Position numbers and translations under genes: made by a program. Positions 43,889-52,353 of a DNA stretch of 64,000 nucleotides are shown piece after piece; the first letter of the stretch is position 1, and each line of letters begins with the position of its first letter. Source of the DNA: Desulfobacteraceae bacterium UBA5616 (lineage in GTDB: Bacteria > Desulfobacterota > Desulfobacteria > Desulfobacterales > UBA5616); the NCBI GenBank assembly GCA_002423615.1, contig DIKO01000049.1, positions 40,264 to 104,263 of the forward strand, given 5' to 3'. The notes beneath the pieces were generated by a model. The model was given only the letters and a program-made list of their open reading frames with translations, was not told the DNA's origin and ran no database searches.

Positions 43889-45985
43889 ATGGATATCAGA
43901 ACTTATTGTCCGGATAAACTGGTCACCGCCGAGGAGGCCGTCTCCCATATCAAACGGGGAAGCCGCGTTTTCGTGGGTTCGGGAGCCGGAGAGCCCACCC
44001 ATCTGGTGGAAGCCATGGTCCGGAACCCCGATCTTTACGATATCATCATCTACCAGATGCTTTCCTGGTCGCTCGCCGATTATGTGAACGATAATGATTT
44101 TCTCCGTCGTTTCTCGTTAAAACTCTTTTTTATCAGCAGCAATATGAGGGAGGCGGCTTTTCAGGGAAAAATCGACTACATCCCCGCCTATATCTCGAAA
44201 ATACCGACGCTTTTCTCGACCCGGCAGATTGGACTGGACGTCGCCCTGATTCAGGTCAGCGTACCCGATGAATTCGGTTATTGCAGTCTGGGCATCTCCG
44301 TGGATATCACCCGTTCCGGGATGGAAAATGCGGATCTGGTCATCGCCCAGGTCAATCCGCGGATGCCGCGAACTTTCGGGGCGACATTCGTGCATGTGGA
44401 CGATATCGATTTCCTGGTCTGGCATGAGAAAAATCTGGTTGAAACCATCCGTACCGTAAGCGAACGGGAGCAGGACGTCACCGAGAGAATCGGCCGATAT
44501 GTAGCCCAGCTGGTGGATGACGGCGCCACCCTCCAGATCGGGTTTGGATTTCTTTCCCTCTCCATATTGAAATACCTTGATGATAAAAAGGACCTGGGCG
44601 TTCATACCCAGATGATCACCGATTCGTTTCTGCCCCTGTTTAAAAAAGGCATCATCAACAACCGGAAAAAGACCCTTCTTCCGGGTATGGCCGTGGCCTC
44701 GCTGTGCATGGGATCCGAGAAAATCTTTAATTACGTGGACAGCAATCCCATGTTTTATTTCCGGTCCTCGGATTTTGTAAACGACCCCATCCAGATAGCC
44801 CGGAACGACAATATGGTCTCCATTTCCTCGGCCCTCGAGGTGGATTTGACCGGCCAGGTGTGTTCAGACTCCATGGGGTCGCGTTTTTATTCCGGCATCG
44901 GTGACCAGGTTGATTTTTTAAGGGGTTGCTCCATGTCCAGGGGGGGCATTTCCATCATCGCCCTGCCGTCAACCGCTAAAAACGGAACGGTGTCACGCAT
45001 AGTTCCTTTTTTAAGCGAGGGCGCCGGCGTTGCCACCACCCGTGGGGACGTGGATTTCGTGGTAACGGAATACGGCATCGCCGCTTTGCAGGGGAAGGGA
45101 ATATATCAGCGGGTCATGGAACTGGCCCAGATCGCACACCCGGACTTCAGGGCGGAGCTTATCGATTCGGCAAAAAACAGGCGGTATATTTTTCCGGACC
45201 AGCTTCCGCCCGCCCAGGAAGACCTCCTGTTCATTGAGGAATATAAAAGCACTTTCCCGATGAAAAACCGTAAAACATTGGAGGTCCGGCCTTTGCTGCC
45301 TTCGGATGAATTCGAGATCCGGAACTTTTTCTATTCCCTCCAGGACCGTACCATTTACATGAGATTTTTTTACGAAATGAAGCTGTTTTCCCATGAAGTG
45401 GTTCAGATGGAGTGGGCCAGCCTGGATTATCGGAAAAATATGTCTCTGATCGGTCTTGTAAAGGTCGGCGGGCATAAGGAGATCAAGGCCATAGGCTCCT
45501 ACGCCAGGGGGCACGGTGAAGACGATGAGGACTGTGCTGAAATCGCCTTTGTGGTGAGTGAAGAATATCAGGGCATGGGCATCGCCTCCTGTCTTCTGGA
45601 CAAGCTGGAGGGAATTGCGCGAAAAAACGGTTATAAGAGGTTCGGCGCCACAGTGATGAGAGAAAACATCTCCATGCTCCGGGTTTTCCGGAAACGTTAC
45701 CCCGATGCCCGGGTCTCACCTACCGAGACCGACGAGTACCGTGTGATCATGACGTTTTACGATCATCTGATACCTGAAAACACGCTGACCAACGAAATCC
45801 GGAATCAGGTCTACAGTCAGTTGAAAGACCGTCTGGGCAAGGAAATGGTCAATCAATTATTAACGGATTTCAAGAAGACCGAAGCCTTTGATGAACTCGT
45901 GGAAAAGGCTTCGCGGGATCAACTGGATTTTGAACAGGCGGTTAAGGACATGGCCGCCGGGTGGCTCGACGGCATTCCCCGGTAA
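43889..45985 (+). CDS. Acetyl-CoA hydrolase/CoA-transferase family domain fused to a C-terminal GNAT acyltransferase domain
   Basis: N-terminal RVFVGSGAGEPTHLVEAM and EVDLTGQVCSDSMGSRFYSGIGDQVDFLRG match the Cat/ACH1 family. The C-terminal AEIAFVVSEEYQGMGIASCLLDKLEGIARKNGYKRF is a GNAT A-motif, from about 45300. The start is at MDIR. Confidence 0.8.
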   Translation: MDIRTYCPDKLVTAEEAVSHIKRGSRVFVGSGAGEPTHLVEAMVRNPDLYDIIIYQMLSWSLADYVNDNDFLRRFSLKLFFISSNMREAAFQGKIDYIPAYISKIPTLFSTRQIGLDVALIQVSVPDEFGYCSLGISVDITRSGMENADLVIAQVNPRMPRTFGATFVHVDDIDFLVWHEKNLVETIRTVSEREQDVTERIGRYVAQLVDDGATLQIGFGFLSLSILKYLDDKKDLGVHTQMITDSFLPLFKKGIINNRKKTLLPGMAVASLCMGSEKIFNYVDSNPMFYFRSSDFVNDPIQIARNDNMVSISSALEVDLTGQVCSDSMGSRFYSGIGDQVDFLRGCSMSRGGISIIALPSTAKNGTVSRIVPFLSEGAGVATTRGDVDFVVTEYGIAALQGKGIYQRVMELAQIAHPDFRAELIDSAKNRRYIFPDQLPPAQEDLLFIEEYKSTFPMKNRKTLEVRPLLPSDEFEIRNFFYSLQDRTIYMRFFYEMKLFSHEVVQMEWASLDYRKNMSLIGLVKVGGHKEIKAIGSYARGHGEDDEDCAEIAFVVSEEYQGMGIASCLLDKLEGIARKNGYKRFGATVMRENISMLRVFRKRYPDARVSPTETDEYRVIMTFYDHLIPENTLTNEIRNQVYSQLKDRLGKEMVNQLLTDFKKTEAFDELVEKASRDQLDFEQAVKDMAAGWLDGIPR

Positions 45986-46045
45986 ACACCCGGATCACCC
46001 TGAGATATCCCCGCGGGTTACGAGGGGGGGGTGAAGATCAGAGAA

Positions 46046-46300
46046 TTATTCCAGGGCGCATAATATACGGGTTTGTTCATCGATCCGGCAGGTGTTATAG
46101 CGCTCCTGACCGGCTTCATACAAACGGCGTTCTTCGTCGGTGGAAGGAATCAACGGAGGCACCCGGGCCGGTTTCTGGTCTTTATCTAAGGCCACGAAAA
46201 TAAAATAGGCGGTGAGTGCCTCCCATTTTTTACTCGTCAGCAGGTGTTCGGAAACGACTTTTACTTGAACTTCGATGATTGTTTTTAAGCCGATGCAAAC
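46046..46300 (-). pseudogene. Remnant of a hotdog-fold acyl-CoA thioesterase (C-terminal half only)
   Basis: My minus-strand translation gives ...IIEVQVKVVSEHLLTSKKWEALTAYFIFVALDKDQKPARVPPLIPSTDEERRLYEAGQERYNTCRIDE...*. The F.FVALD..GKP..VP pattern is typical of the YciA/Acot family. The 143-codon open frame (46046..46474) contains no Met and lacks the N-terminal half. Confidence 0.55.
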
Positions 46301-46421
46301 AGGCGTTTCCGGCAGATTGACGGAATCGCATGGAAAAAGTGAATGCGGGATGTCAAGGCCCGGAAAAGCACCTGCCGGATACCTGAAATCCTTAAAATAT
46401 TGTTTCCGGGGAGAACGGGAA

Positions 46422-46448
46422 AAGACGAGGTTGACGTAATATCGTCTT
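46422..46448. promoter_or_regulatory. Palindrome AAGACGA-N13-TCGTCTT, candidate upstream activator site for P4
   Basis: Perfect 7-bp arms lie about 100-125 nt upstream of the -24 element at 46546. The half-site is the same as in the palindrome at 30816..30834. Confidence 0.35.
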
Positions 46449-46545
46449 TTTGAGGATTTATTTGCGTCTCTCGGTCATTTTATCAGTAAACGGCAAAACA
46501 CGGATTTTCATTTAATTCATTGAAATAGACCTTTTCGGAACCGCA

Positions 46546-46561
46546 TGGCATATCCATTGCA
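46546..46561 (+). promoter_or_regulatory. sigma54 (-24/-12) promoter P4
   Basis: TGGCAT-ATCCA-TTGCA with correct spacing, about 145 nt upstream of the thiolase-like start. Confidence 0.75.
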
Positions 46562-46707
46562 TAGTTATAATTACTCTTTTTTAATATGCAGGCCCATGCC
46601 CGGAAACGCAGCGAAATTTGAAGGCGGTTGATTTTTAAATTGCCGTAATACCGACAGTCTTTTTTGCGGACAGCTCATTTAAATTGATAACATGTGAGGA
46701 GGTTAGT

Positions 46708-47838
46708 ATGAGTCAAAAAGAATGTGCAATTGTCGGTCTAGGGTATACCCCCCAGGGAAAATGCCCGGACTGGAGCGTAAGAGAGCTTTTTCTGGAGGCC
46801 AGTGTGAATGCCATCAAGGATGCGGGTATGAAGCCCCATGATATCGACGGTATTCTGGTCGAACTCTGCTGGACCGATCCGACCACCCAAAACTGGTCTT
46901 TACAGATGGACCTGGGAATCCCCGAGCTGAGTCTTTCGGCGGTTTATGATTCCATGGGCGCATCTCCCGGATGCCAGATGCAGGTTGCCCAATGGGCCAT
47001 TCAAAACGGGATCTGCAAAAATGTTTTGTGTGCCTTTGTGGAAAAATCCGCAACAGCACCGGCGGTGCCATACCGCATGAGTGCCGGGCCGGGACTGGCT
47101 TACGGACTTCACGGCGCCATGCACGGTATCGCCCTGGCCGCCATGCGTCATAAAATGCTGTACGGGACCACCAGCGAACAGCTTGGGGAGGTGGCCGTAA
47201 CATTCCGGAAACACGCCCAGTTGAATCCCAAGGCCCAGATGTACGGCAAACCCATGACCCTTGCGGACCATCAGAATTCCCGGATCATTGCCGAACCCCT
47301 GCATCTTTTCGACTGCTGTCTGGTATCCGATGGTGGACGGGCCGCGGTTATTACATCGGGGGACCGGGCAAAGGATTGTCCTCAGCCGCCGGTTTATATC
47401 ATGGGATACGGTCAGGGTCATGTGAAGATGGATCTTATTGAAAGAAACACCCTGGTGGACACCGGAGCCGGAGTCTCCGGGGCACATGCTTTCAGGACCG
47501 CCGGTATCCAGCACAAAGACATCGATGTCCTGGGACTGTACGATGCCACCACCCATAACATCATCACCCAGCTCGAGGAACTGGGATTCTGCGAAAGGGG
47601 TGAAGGCGGGCCCTTTGTCGAAAACGGCCGTTTGTCCATTGATGGTGAATTCCCCACCAATCTTTCAGGTGGCATGCTCTCCGAAACCTACCTCCAGGGA
47701 TGGACCGGAATTCCGGAAATCGTCAGCCAGCTTAGAGGCCACTGCGGGGACCGCCAGGTCAAGGATGCCAAAATCGGGCTGGTCACCAACCAGGGCGGAT
47801 ATATCGCATTTCATTCAACTCTAATTTTGCGGAGGTAA
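46708..47838 (+). CDS. Thiolase-like protein (SCP-x / BbsB / Ltp-type)
   Basis: MSQKECAIVGLGYTPQGK..., with a C-terminal thiolase fold ending ...NLSGGMLSETYLQGW...GLVTNQGG. The start is at ATG 46708, after GAGGAGG. Confidence 0.8.
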   Translation: MSQKECAIVGLGYTPQGKCPDWSVRELFLEASVNAIKDAGMKPHDIDGILVELCWTDPTTQNWSLQMDLGIPELSLSAVYDSMGASPGCQMQVAQWAIQNGICKNVLCAFVEKSATAPAVPYRMSAGPGLAYGLHGAMHGIALAAMRHKMLYGTTSEQLGEVAVTFRKHAQLNPKAQMYGKPMTLADHQNSRIIAEPLHLFDCCLVSDGGRAAVITSGDRAKDCPQPPVYIMGYGQGHVKMDLIERNTLVDTGAGVSGAHAFRTAGIQHKDIDVLGLYDATTHNIITQLEELGFCERGEGGPFVENGRLSIDGEFPTNLSGGMLSETYLQGWTGIPEIVSQLRGHCGDRQVKDAKIGLVTNQGGYIAFHSTLILRR

Positions 47839-47844
47839 TCTGAT

Positions 47845-48270
47845 ATGACAACCCAGTTTAAAAAACCATCTCCCGGAATTACGCCGGAAACCAAGCCTTT
47901 CTGGGATGCTGCTAAAAGAAATGAATTCATGCTGGTCAAATGCGTGGGTTGCGGTTTTTACCGGAACCCGGTTTCCATCACCGCCAACATCTGCCCGGAA
48001 TGCGGGTCCAGAAAGCCGGGGGAATGGGTGAAGGCCAGCGGCAAGGGCAGGGTCCACACTTACACGGCGGTTCACCGGACTTTTGATCCTTCCTTTGAAA
48101 AAGAACTTCCCTATATCATCGTCATCGTCGAGCTTGAAGAAGGCCCGCGCTTTCTTTCCAACATGAGAGACGCAAAGCCGGAAGACATGAAACTGGACAT
48201 GCCCCTTGAAGTGGTCTTTGAAAAAGTCAGCGACGAGGTGACCGTTCCGTATTTCAAACCCGCAAAATAA
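47845..48270 (+). CDS. DUF35 OB-fold / rubredoxin-like zinc-ribbon protein (thiolase partner, BbsA-like)
   Basis: CVGCGFYRNPVSITANICPECGS is a zinc ribbon, followed by the OB-fold segment GKGRVHTYTAVHR. The protein is 141 aa and directly follows the thiolase-like gene. Confidence 0.8.
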   Translation: MTTQFKKPSPGITPETKPFWDAAKRNEFMLVKCVGCGFYRNPVSITANICPECGSRKPGEWVKASGKGRVHTYTAVHRTFDPSFEKELPYIIVIVELEEGPRFLSNMRDAKPEDMKLDMPLEVVFEKVSDEVTVPYFKPAK

Positions 48271-48283
48271 ATGGGAGGTTCCG

Positions 48284-49072
48284 ATGAATTATGAAGCCAT
48301 TCTCGTCGAAAAAAAAGGCCATATCACAATAGTGACAATAAACCGGCCCGAAGTGATGAATGCGGTAAGCCCCATCACCGGTCTGGAGCTTGAAACCGCT
48401 TTCAATGAATTCAACGAAGATCCCGAGGCATGGGTCTGTATCGTTACCGGCGCCGGTGACCGGGCTTTCTGCGTGGGAAACGATCTGAAGTTTCATGCGG
48501 AAAACTTCGCCCGGATGCCGGAGCTCTCGGCCAGATTAAAATACGGATTCGGCGGGATTACCGAAAGATACGACTGCTTTAAACCCATGATCGCGGCGGT
48601 TAACGGCATGGCCCTGGGCGGTGGTTTCGAGATCGCGCTGGCCTGTGATATCATCATTGCTTCCGAGAAAGCTGTTTTCGGCCTTCCCGAACCCCGGGTG
48701 GGACTCATGGCCCTGGCCGGCGGCGTGCATCGCCTTTCCCGTCAGATTCCCTATCACGTGGCCATGGGCATGATACTGGCATCCAGGCGCATTACCGCCC
48801 AGGAGGCTCTTAACTACGGGGTCGCCAACGAAGTCGCCGCCCCGGAGAAACTCATGGAAGTCGCCTTGAAATGGGCTGAGGAAATTCTTCTGAGCGCCCC
48901 CCTTTCCGTAAGGGCATCCAAGGAGTCGGTGATCAGGGGCAGCGATTTGCCTCTGGACAAGGCCATTTCCGCCCAATTTCCCGGTGTGATTAAAATGATG
49001 AATTCCCAGGATATGATCGAAGGTCCGACTGCCTTTGCACAGAAACGCAAACCCAACTGGAAGGGAAAATGA
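48284..49072 (+). CDS. Enoyl-CoA hydratase/isomerase (crotonase) family protein
   Basis: ITIVTINRPEVMNA, GAGDRAFCVGNDLK and AAVNGMALGGGFEIALACDIIIAS. Confidence 0.9.
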   Translation: MNYEAILVEKKGHITIVTINRPEVMNAVSPITGLELETAFNEFNEDPEAWVCIVTGAGDRAFCVGNDLKFHAENFARMPELSARLKYGFGGITERYDCFKPMIAAVNGMALGGGFEIALACDIIIASEKAVFGLPEPRVGLMALAGGVHRLSRQIPYHVAMGMILASRRITAQEALNYGVANEVAAPEKLMEVALKWAEEILLSAPLSVRASKESVIRGSDLPLDKAISAQFPGVIKMMNSQDMIEGPTAFAQKRKPNWKGK

Positions 49073-49099
49073 TCGATAGGATTATAAAAGGACTGTGCG

Positions 49100-49909
49100 A
49101 TGAAAACCTTATGTGAGGATCTAAGAAACGAACAGCAGGCCCTGGATGATATCATCGCTGAGATTGCAGACGCGGACTGGGAAAAAGATACCCCTGCCAA
49201 GGGATGGGCGATAAGGGATCAAATCGCCCATCTTGCCTTTTTCGATGAAAAAGCCAAAAAGACCATTATCGATCCGGAAGGATTTAAAGCCGAGCTTGAA
49301 GAAATGATGCGGAACCCACAAAAATTTCTTGATGTTATGAATAAACCGGCAATGTCAAGAACCGTTCCGGAATTAAAAGCCTGGTGGCGGAAAGAACGAT
49401 GGGACCTTGTGGAAGCCCTGTTACCGCTGGATCCCAGGGAACGGGTCGCCTGGTATGGCCCCCCCATGAGTGCCAGATCCCATGCCACGGCAAGAATGAT
49501 GGAAACCTGGGCTCATGGGCAGGATGTGGCCGATGCTCTGGGGGTAAAACGCCCGGCCACCGACCGTCTGAAGCATATCGCCCACCTGGGATATACCACC
49601 TTCAAATGGAGCTTCGTCAACCACCGGATGGCGGTTTCGGATGAGCAGGTGAGACTGGAACTGGTGAGCCCCTCCGGAGAGTTATGGACATGGGGGCCTG
49701 ATTCCAGTGAAAACCTGATCAAGGGGCCTTGTGAGGATTTTTGTCTTGTGGTGATTCAGAGACGGAACGTGGCTGATACGCGGCTATCTGTAACAGGGAA
49801 AACGGCGGGGAAATGGATGTCCATTGCCCAATGTTTCGCAGGTCCTGGAACCATGGGTCCTGATCCGGGAAAATTTCCCTTGGGGTCATTCTCTGATGGA
49901 TCCTGCTGA
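49100..49909 (+). CDS. DinB/MDMPI-like metal-binding protein (TIGR03084-like)
   Basis: The N-terminal four-helix region LRNEQQALDDIIAEIADADWEKDTPAKGWAIRDQIAHLAFFDE and ETWAHGQDV resemble the maleylpyruvate-isomerase N-terminal/DinB superfamily. The assignment rests on recall of family patterns only. Confidence 0.55.
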   Translation: MKTLCEDLRNEQQALDDIIAEIADADWEKDTPAKGWAIRDQIAHLAFFDEKAKKTIIDPEGFKAELEEMMRNPQKFLDVMNKPAMSRTVPELKAWWRKERWDLVEALLPLDPRERVAWYGPPMSARSHATARMMETWAHGQDVADALGVKRPATDRLKHIAHLGYTTFKWSFVNHRMAVSDEQVRLELVSPSGELWTWGPDSSENLIKGPCEDFCLVVIQRRNVADTRLSVTGKTAGKWMSIAQCFAGPGTMGPDPGKFPLGSFSDGSC

Positions 49910-49971
49910 AATATCATTTTAATTTGTACACTGTAGATGGACGTTTGAATTTTCAGGTTGGAGGGAAGAAC

Positions 49972-51159
49972 ATGAATTTCAGCTTTACAACGGAACAGGA
50001 AGCATTTCGCACGGAAGTCAGGGAATTTATGGAAAAGGAAGTGCCCAGCAGGTGGAGGGAACTGGGTTACGGCATCTGGGAAGAGGATGACGAATCCTGG
50101 GAGCTCACTTCCCAATGGGTTAAAAAGCTGGGGCAGAAAGGCTGGCTTTCCTTGACCTGGCCGAAGGAATTTGGAGGACAGGAACGATCCCATATTTACC
50201 AGTTGATTCTGGATGAGGAAACGGCCAGGGTCGGGACCCCTTCGGGAATTGAGAGCATGATCACCATCGGCTGGGTCTGCCCGACCATCATGGTGTTCGG
50301 AAGCCCCGAACAGAAAGAAACAATCCTCCCGAAGGCCTCCAAAGGGGAACTGATTTTCTGCCTGGGGTACAGCGAACCCGGAGCCGGCTCCGACCTGGCA
50401 TCGGTAACGACAACGGCTGTGGAAGAGGGCGATGAATTCATCCTGAACGGACAGAAGGTCTGGACCACCATCGCCCACCGGGCGGATTACTGCTGGCTGG
50501 TGGCGAGAACCGACCTGGATGCGCCCAAGCACAAGGGCCTTTCCATGTTTATCGTGGACATGAAAACCCCCGGAATCAAAATCAATCCGCTGACCAATAT
50601 TCTGGGGTTTCATTCCTTTAACGAAGTGTTTTTCGATAACGTCAGAATCCCCAGGAAAAACCTGGTAGGGCAGAAAAATCTGGGATGGTATCAACTGGCC
50701 ATGGCTCTGGACCACGAAAGGTCGGGAGTCGGCTCTCCAGCCGCCATGGACAGGATGCTCCATGAACTGATCCGGTATTGCAAGACGACCCGAAGGGACG
50801 GGAAATTCCTCGCCGATGACCCATCGGTGAGAAAACGGATCGCACGCCTTGCCGTAGAGAAGGATGTTTTAAGAATGATCTGTTACCGGGTGACTTCCGT
50901 TCAGGAAAAAGGCGGGGTCCCCAATTATGAGGCCTCCACCGCCAAGGTTTTTACAACGGAATTGATGGACCGGTTCGCCAATACGGTCCTCGATATACTG
51001 GGTCCTTACGGCCAGTTGGATCGAAATTCCAGACTCGCGCCTTTTAACGGGCTGTTCGTCAGGCAATTTCTCCATTCCCCATCCAGCGTCGGCGGCGGAA
51101 CCTCCGAAATTCAAAGAAATATTATCGCCATGAGGGGATTGGGCCTTCCCCGAGGGTAA
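49972..51159 (+). CDS. Acyl-CoA dehydrogenase family protein, alpha-type (paralog of 9737..10939)
   Basis: WPKEFGG, YSEPGAGSDLA, LDHER and GGGTSEIQRNIIAMRGLGLPRG. The start is at ATG 49972, after GGAGGG. Confidence 0.9.
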   Translation: MNFSFTTEQEAFRTEVREFMEKEVPSRWRELGYGIWEEDDESWELTSQWVKKLGQKGWLSLTWPKEFGGQERSHIYQLILDEETARVGTPSGIESMITIGWVCPTIMVFGSPEQKETILPKASKGELIFCLGYSEPGAGSDLASVTTTAVEEGDEFILNGQKVWTTIAHRADYCWLVARTDLDAPKHKGLSMFIVDMKTPGIKINPLTNILGFHSFNEVFFDNVRIPRKNLVGQKNLGWYQLAMALDHERSGVGSPAAMDRMLHELIRYCKTTRRDGKFLADDPSVRKRIARLAVEKDVLRMICYRVTSVQEKGGVPNYEASTAKVFTTELMDRFANTVLDILGPYGQLDRNSRLAPFNGLFVRQFLHSPSSVGGGTSEIQRNIIAMRGLGLPRG

Positions 51160-51196
51160 AAAGGACCCTGCCTACTCACGCCAAAGGAGATGTAAA

Positions 51197-52333
51197 ATGG
51201 ATCTGGATTTGACCAGGGATCAGAAAATCCTTTTCAATTCGGCAAAAGAATTTTTGAAAAAAGAATGTTCAACTTCCCTGTTGCGGGAAATGAAGGACGA
51301 CGCAAACGGTTATCCGCCGAAAATGTGGAAAAAAATGGCGGAACTGGGATGGCCGGGGGTTATGATCCCGGAGGAATTCGGTGGAATGGCGGGAAATTTC
51401 ATCGATCTTGTCCTTCTTCTCGAGGCCATGGGGGAGGTCAATTGCCCCGGGCCCTTCTTCTCGACAGTTGTTCTCGGAGCGCTTCCGGTGATGAACGCCG
51501 GAACTCCGGAACAGAAAAAGGAAATACTTCCCAAAATCGCCGATGGCGCCATGATCATGGCCTATGCCATGAATGAGGCCGGAATTCATTACGACGCTTC
51601 ATTTGTCGCCATGCCCGCCAAGGCCGATGGGGACGCCTATATTTTAAACGGAACCAAGCTGTTTGTTGAAAACGCCCACATTGCCGACCTTATCCTTTGC
51701 GTTGCCAGAACCGAAGGGGTTCCCGGATCGAAAGACGGGTTGACGCTTTTCATGGTGGATGGGAAAAGCAAGGGCGTCCGCACGTCGATGCTGACGACCC
51801 TGGCCTTCGACAAGCAATGCGAAGTGGTGTTTGACGATGCCCGGGTTGATAAAGACAGAATCCTCGGCCGGCCGGGAAAGGCTTTTGAGATAATCGAAAC
51901 ACTAACGGAACAGGCGGCCCTGGCCAAGTGTGCCGAAATGGTGGGGAGCGCCCAGAGAGCCTTTGACCAGACCGTTGCCTATGCCAAGGAAAGAAAACAG
52001 TTTGACAAACCCATCGGGAGTTTCCAGGCGATCCAGCACCATATGGCCAATATGATCATGGATATGGACGGCGCACGGTTCATGACCTATCGGGCCGCAT
52101 GGGAAATGACCCGGGACCTGCCGTCGGCGTCCATGTCGGCATCCATGGCCAAAGCCTGGACCGGAAACGCCACGCACAAAATAGCTCTTTTGGCTCACCA
52201 GATTCACGGCGCCATTGCTTTTTGCGAAGAACTGGATCTGCACCTGCATTATCGCAGGACAAAGGCCGGGTCGCTTTCCTTTGGCGACGAGGATTACCAT
52301 TTAGAGAAAGTGGCAAGGCATCTGGGGCTTTAA
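51197..52333 (+). CDS. Acyl-CoA dehydrogenase family protein, beta-type (paralog of 8573..9706)
   Basis: The N-terminus MDLDLTRDQKILFNSAKEFLKKEC is collinear with MDFDLTQEQKILKQSARDFLKKEC. The C-terminus ends ...YHLEKVARHLGL. Confidence 0.9.
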   Translation: MDLDLTRDQKILFNSAKEFLKKECSTSLLREMKDDANGYPPKMWKKMAELGWPGVMIPEEFGGMAGNFIDLVLLLEAMGEVNCPGPFFSTVVLGALPVMNAGTPEQKKEILPKIADGAMIMAYAMNEAGIHYDASFVAMPAKADGDAYILNGTKLFVENAHIADLILCVARTEGVPGSKDGLTLFMVDGKSKGVRTSMLTTLAFDKQCEVVFDDARVDKDRILGRPGKAFEIIETLTEQAALAKCAEMVGSAQRAFDQTVAYAKERKQFDKPIGSFQAIQHHMANMIMDMDGARFMTYRAAWEMTRDLPSASMSASMAKAWTGNATHKIALLAHQIHGAIAFCEELDLHLHYRRTKAGSLSFGDEDYHLEKVARHLGL

Positions 52334-52353
52334 TTTGTTGAGTCGAATTTTGA

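Noticed and set aside
45961-46203. 80-aa plus-strand ORF after the CoA-transferase-GNAT gene
   Set aside because: It overlaps the 3' end of that gene and is antisense to the thioesterase-like remnant. The translation is Arg/Gly-rich with no motif.
49756-50763. 335-aa minus-strand ORF
   Set aside because: It is antisense to the DinB-like 3' end and the alpha-type ACAD, and has a shadow composition. The same applies to 52654..53460 (+), 55978..56748 (+), 62137..63504 (+), 14951..15751 (-), 7984..8820 (+) and 8699..9442 (+).
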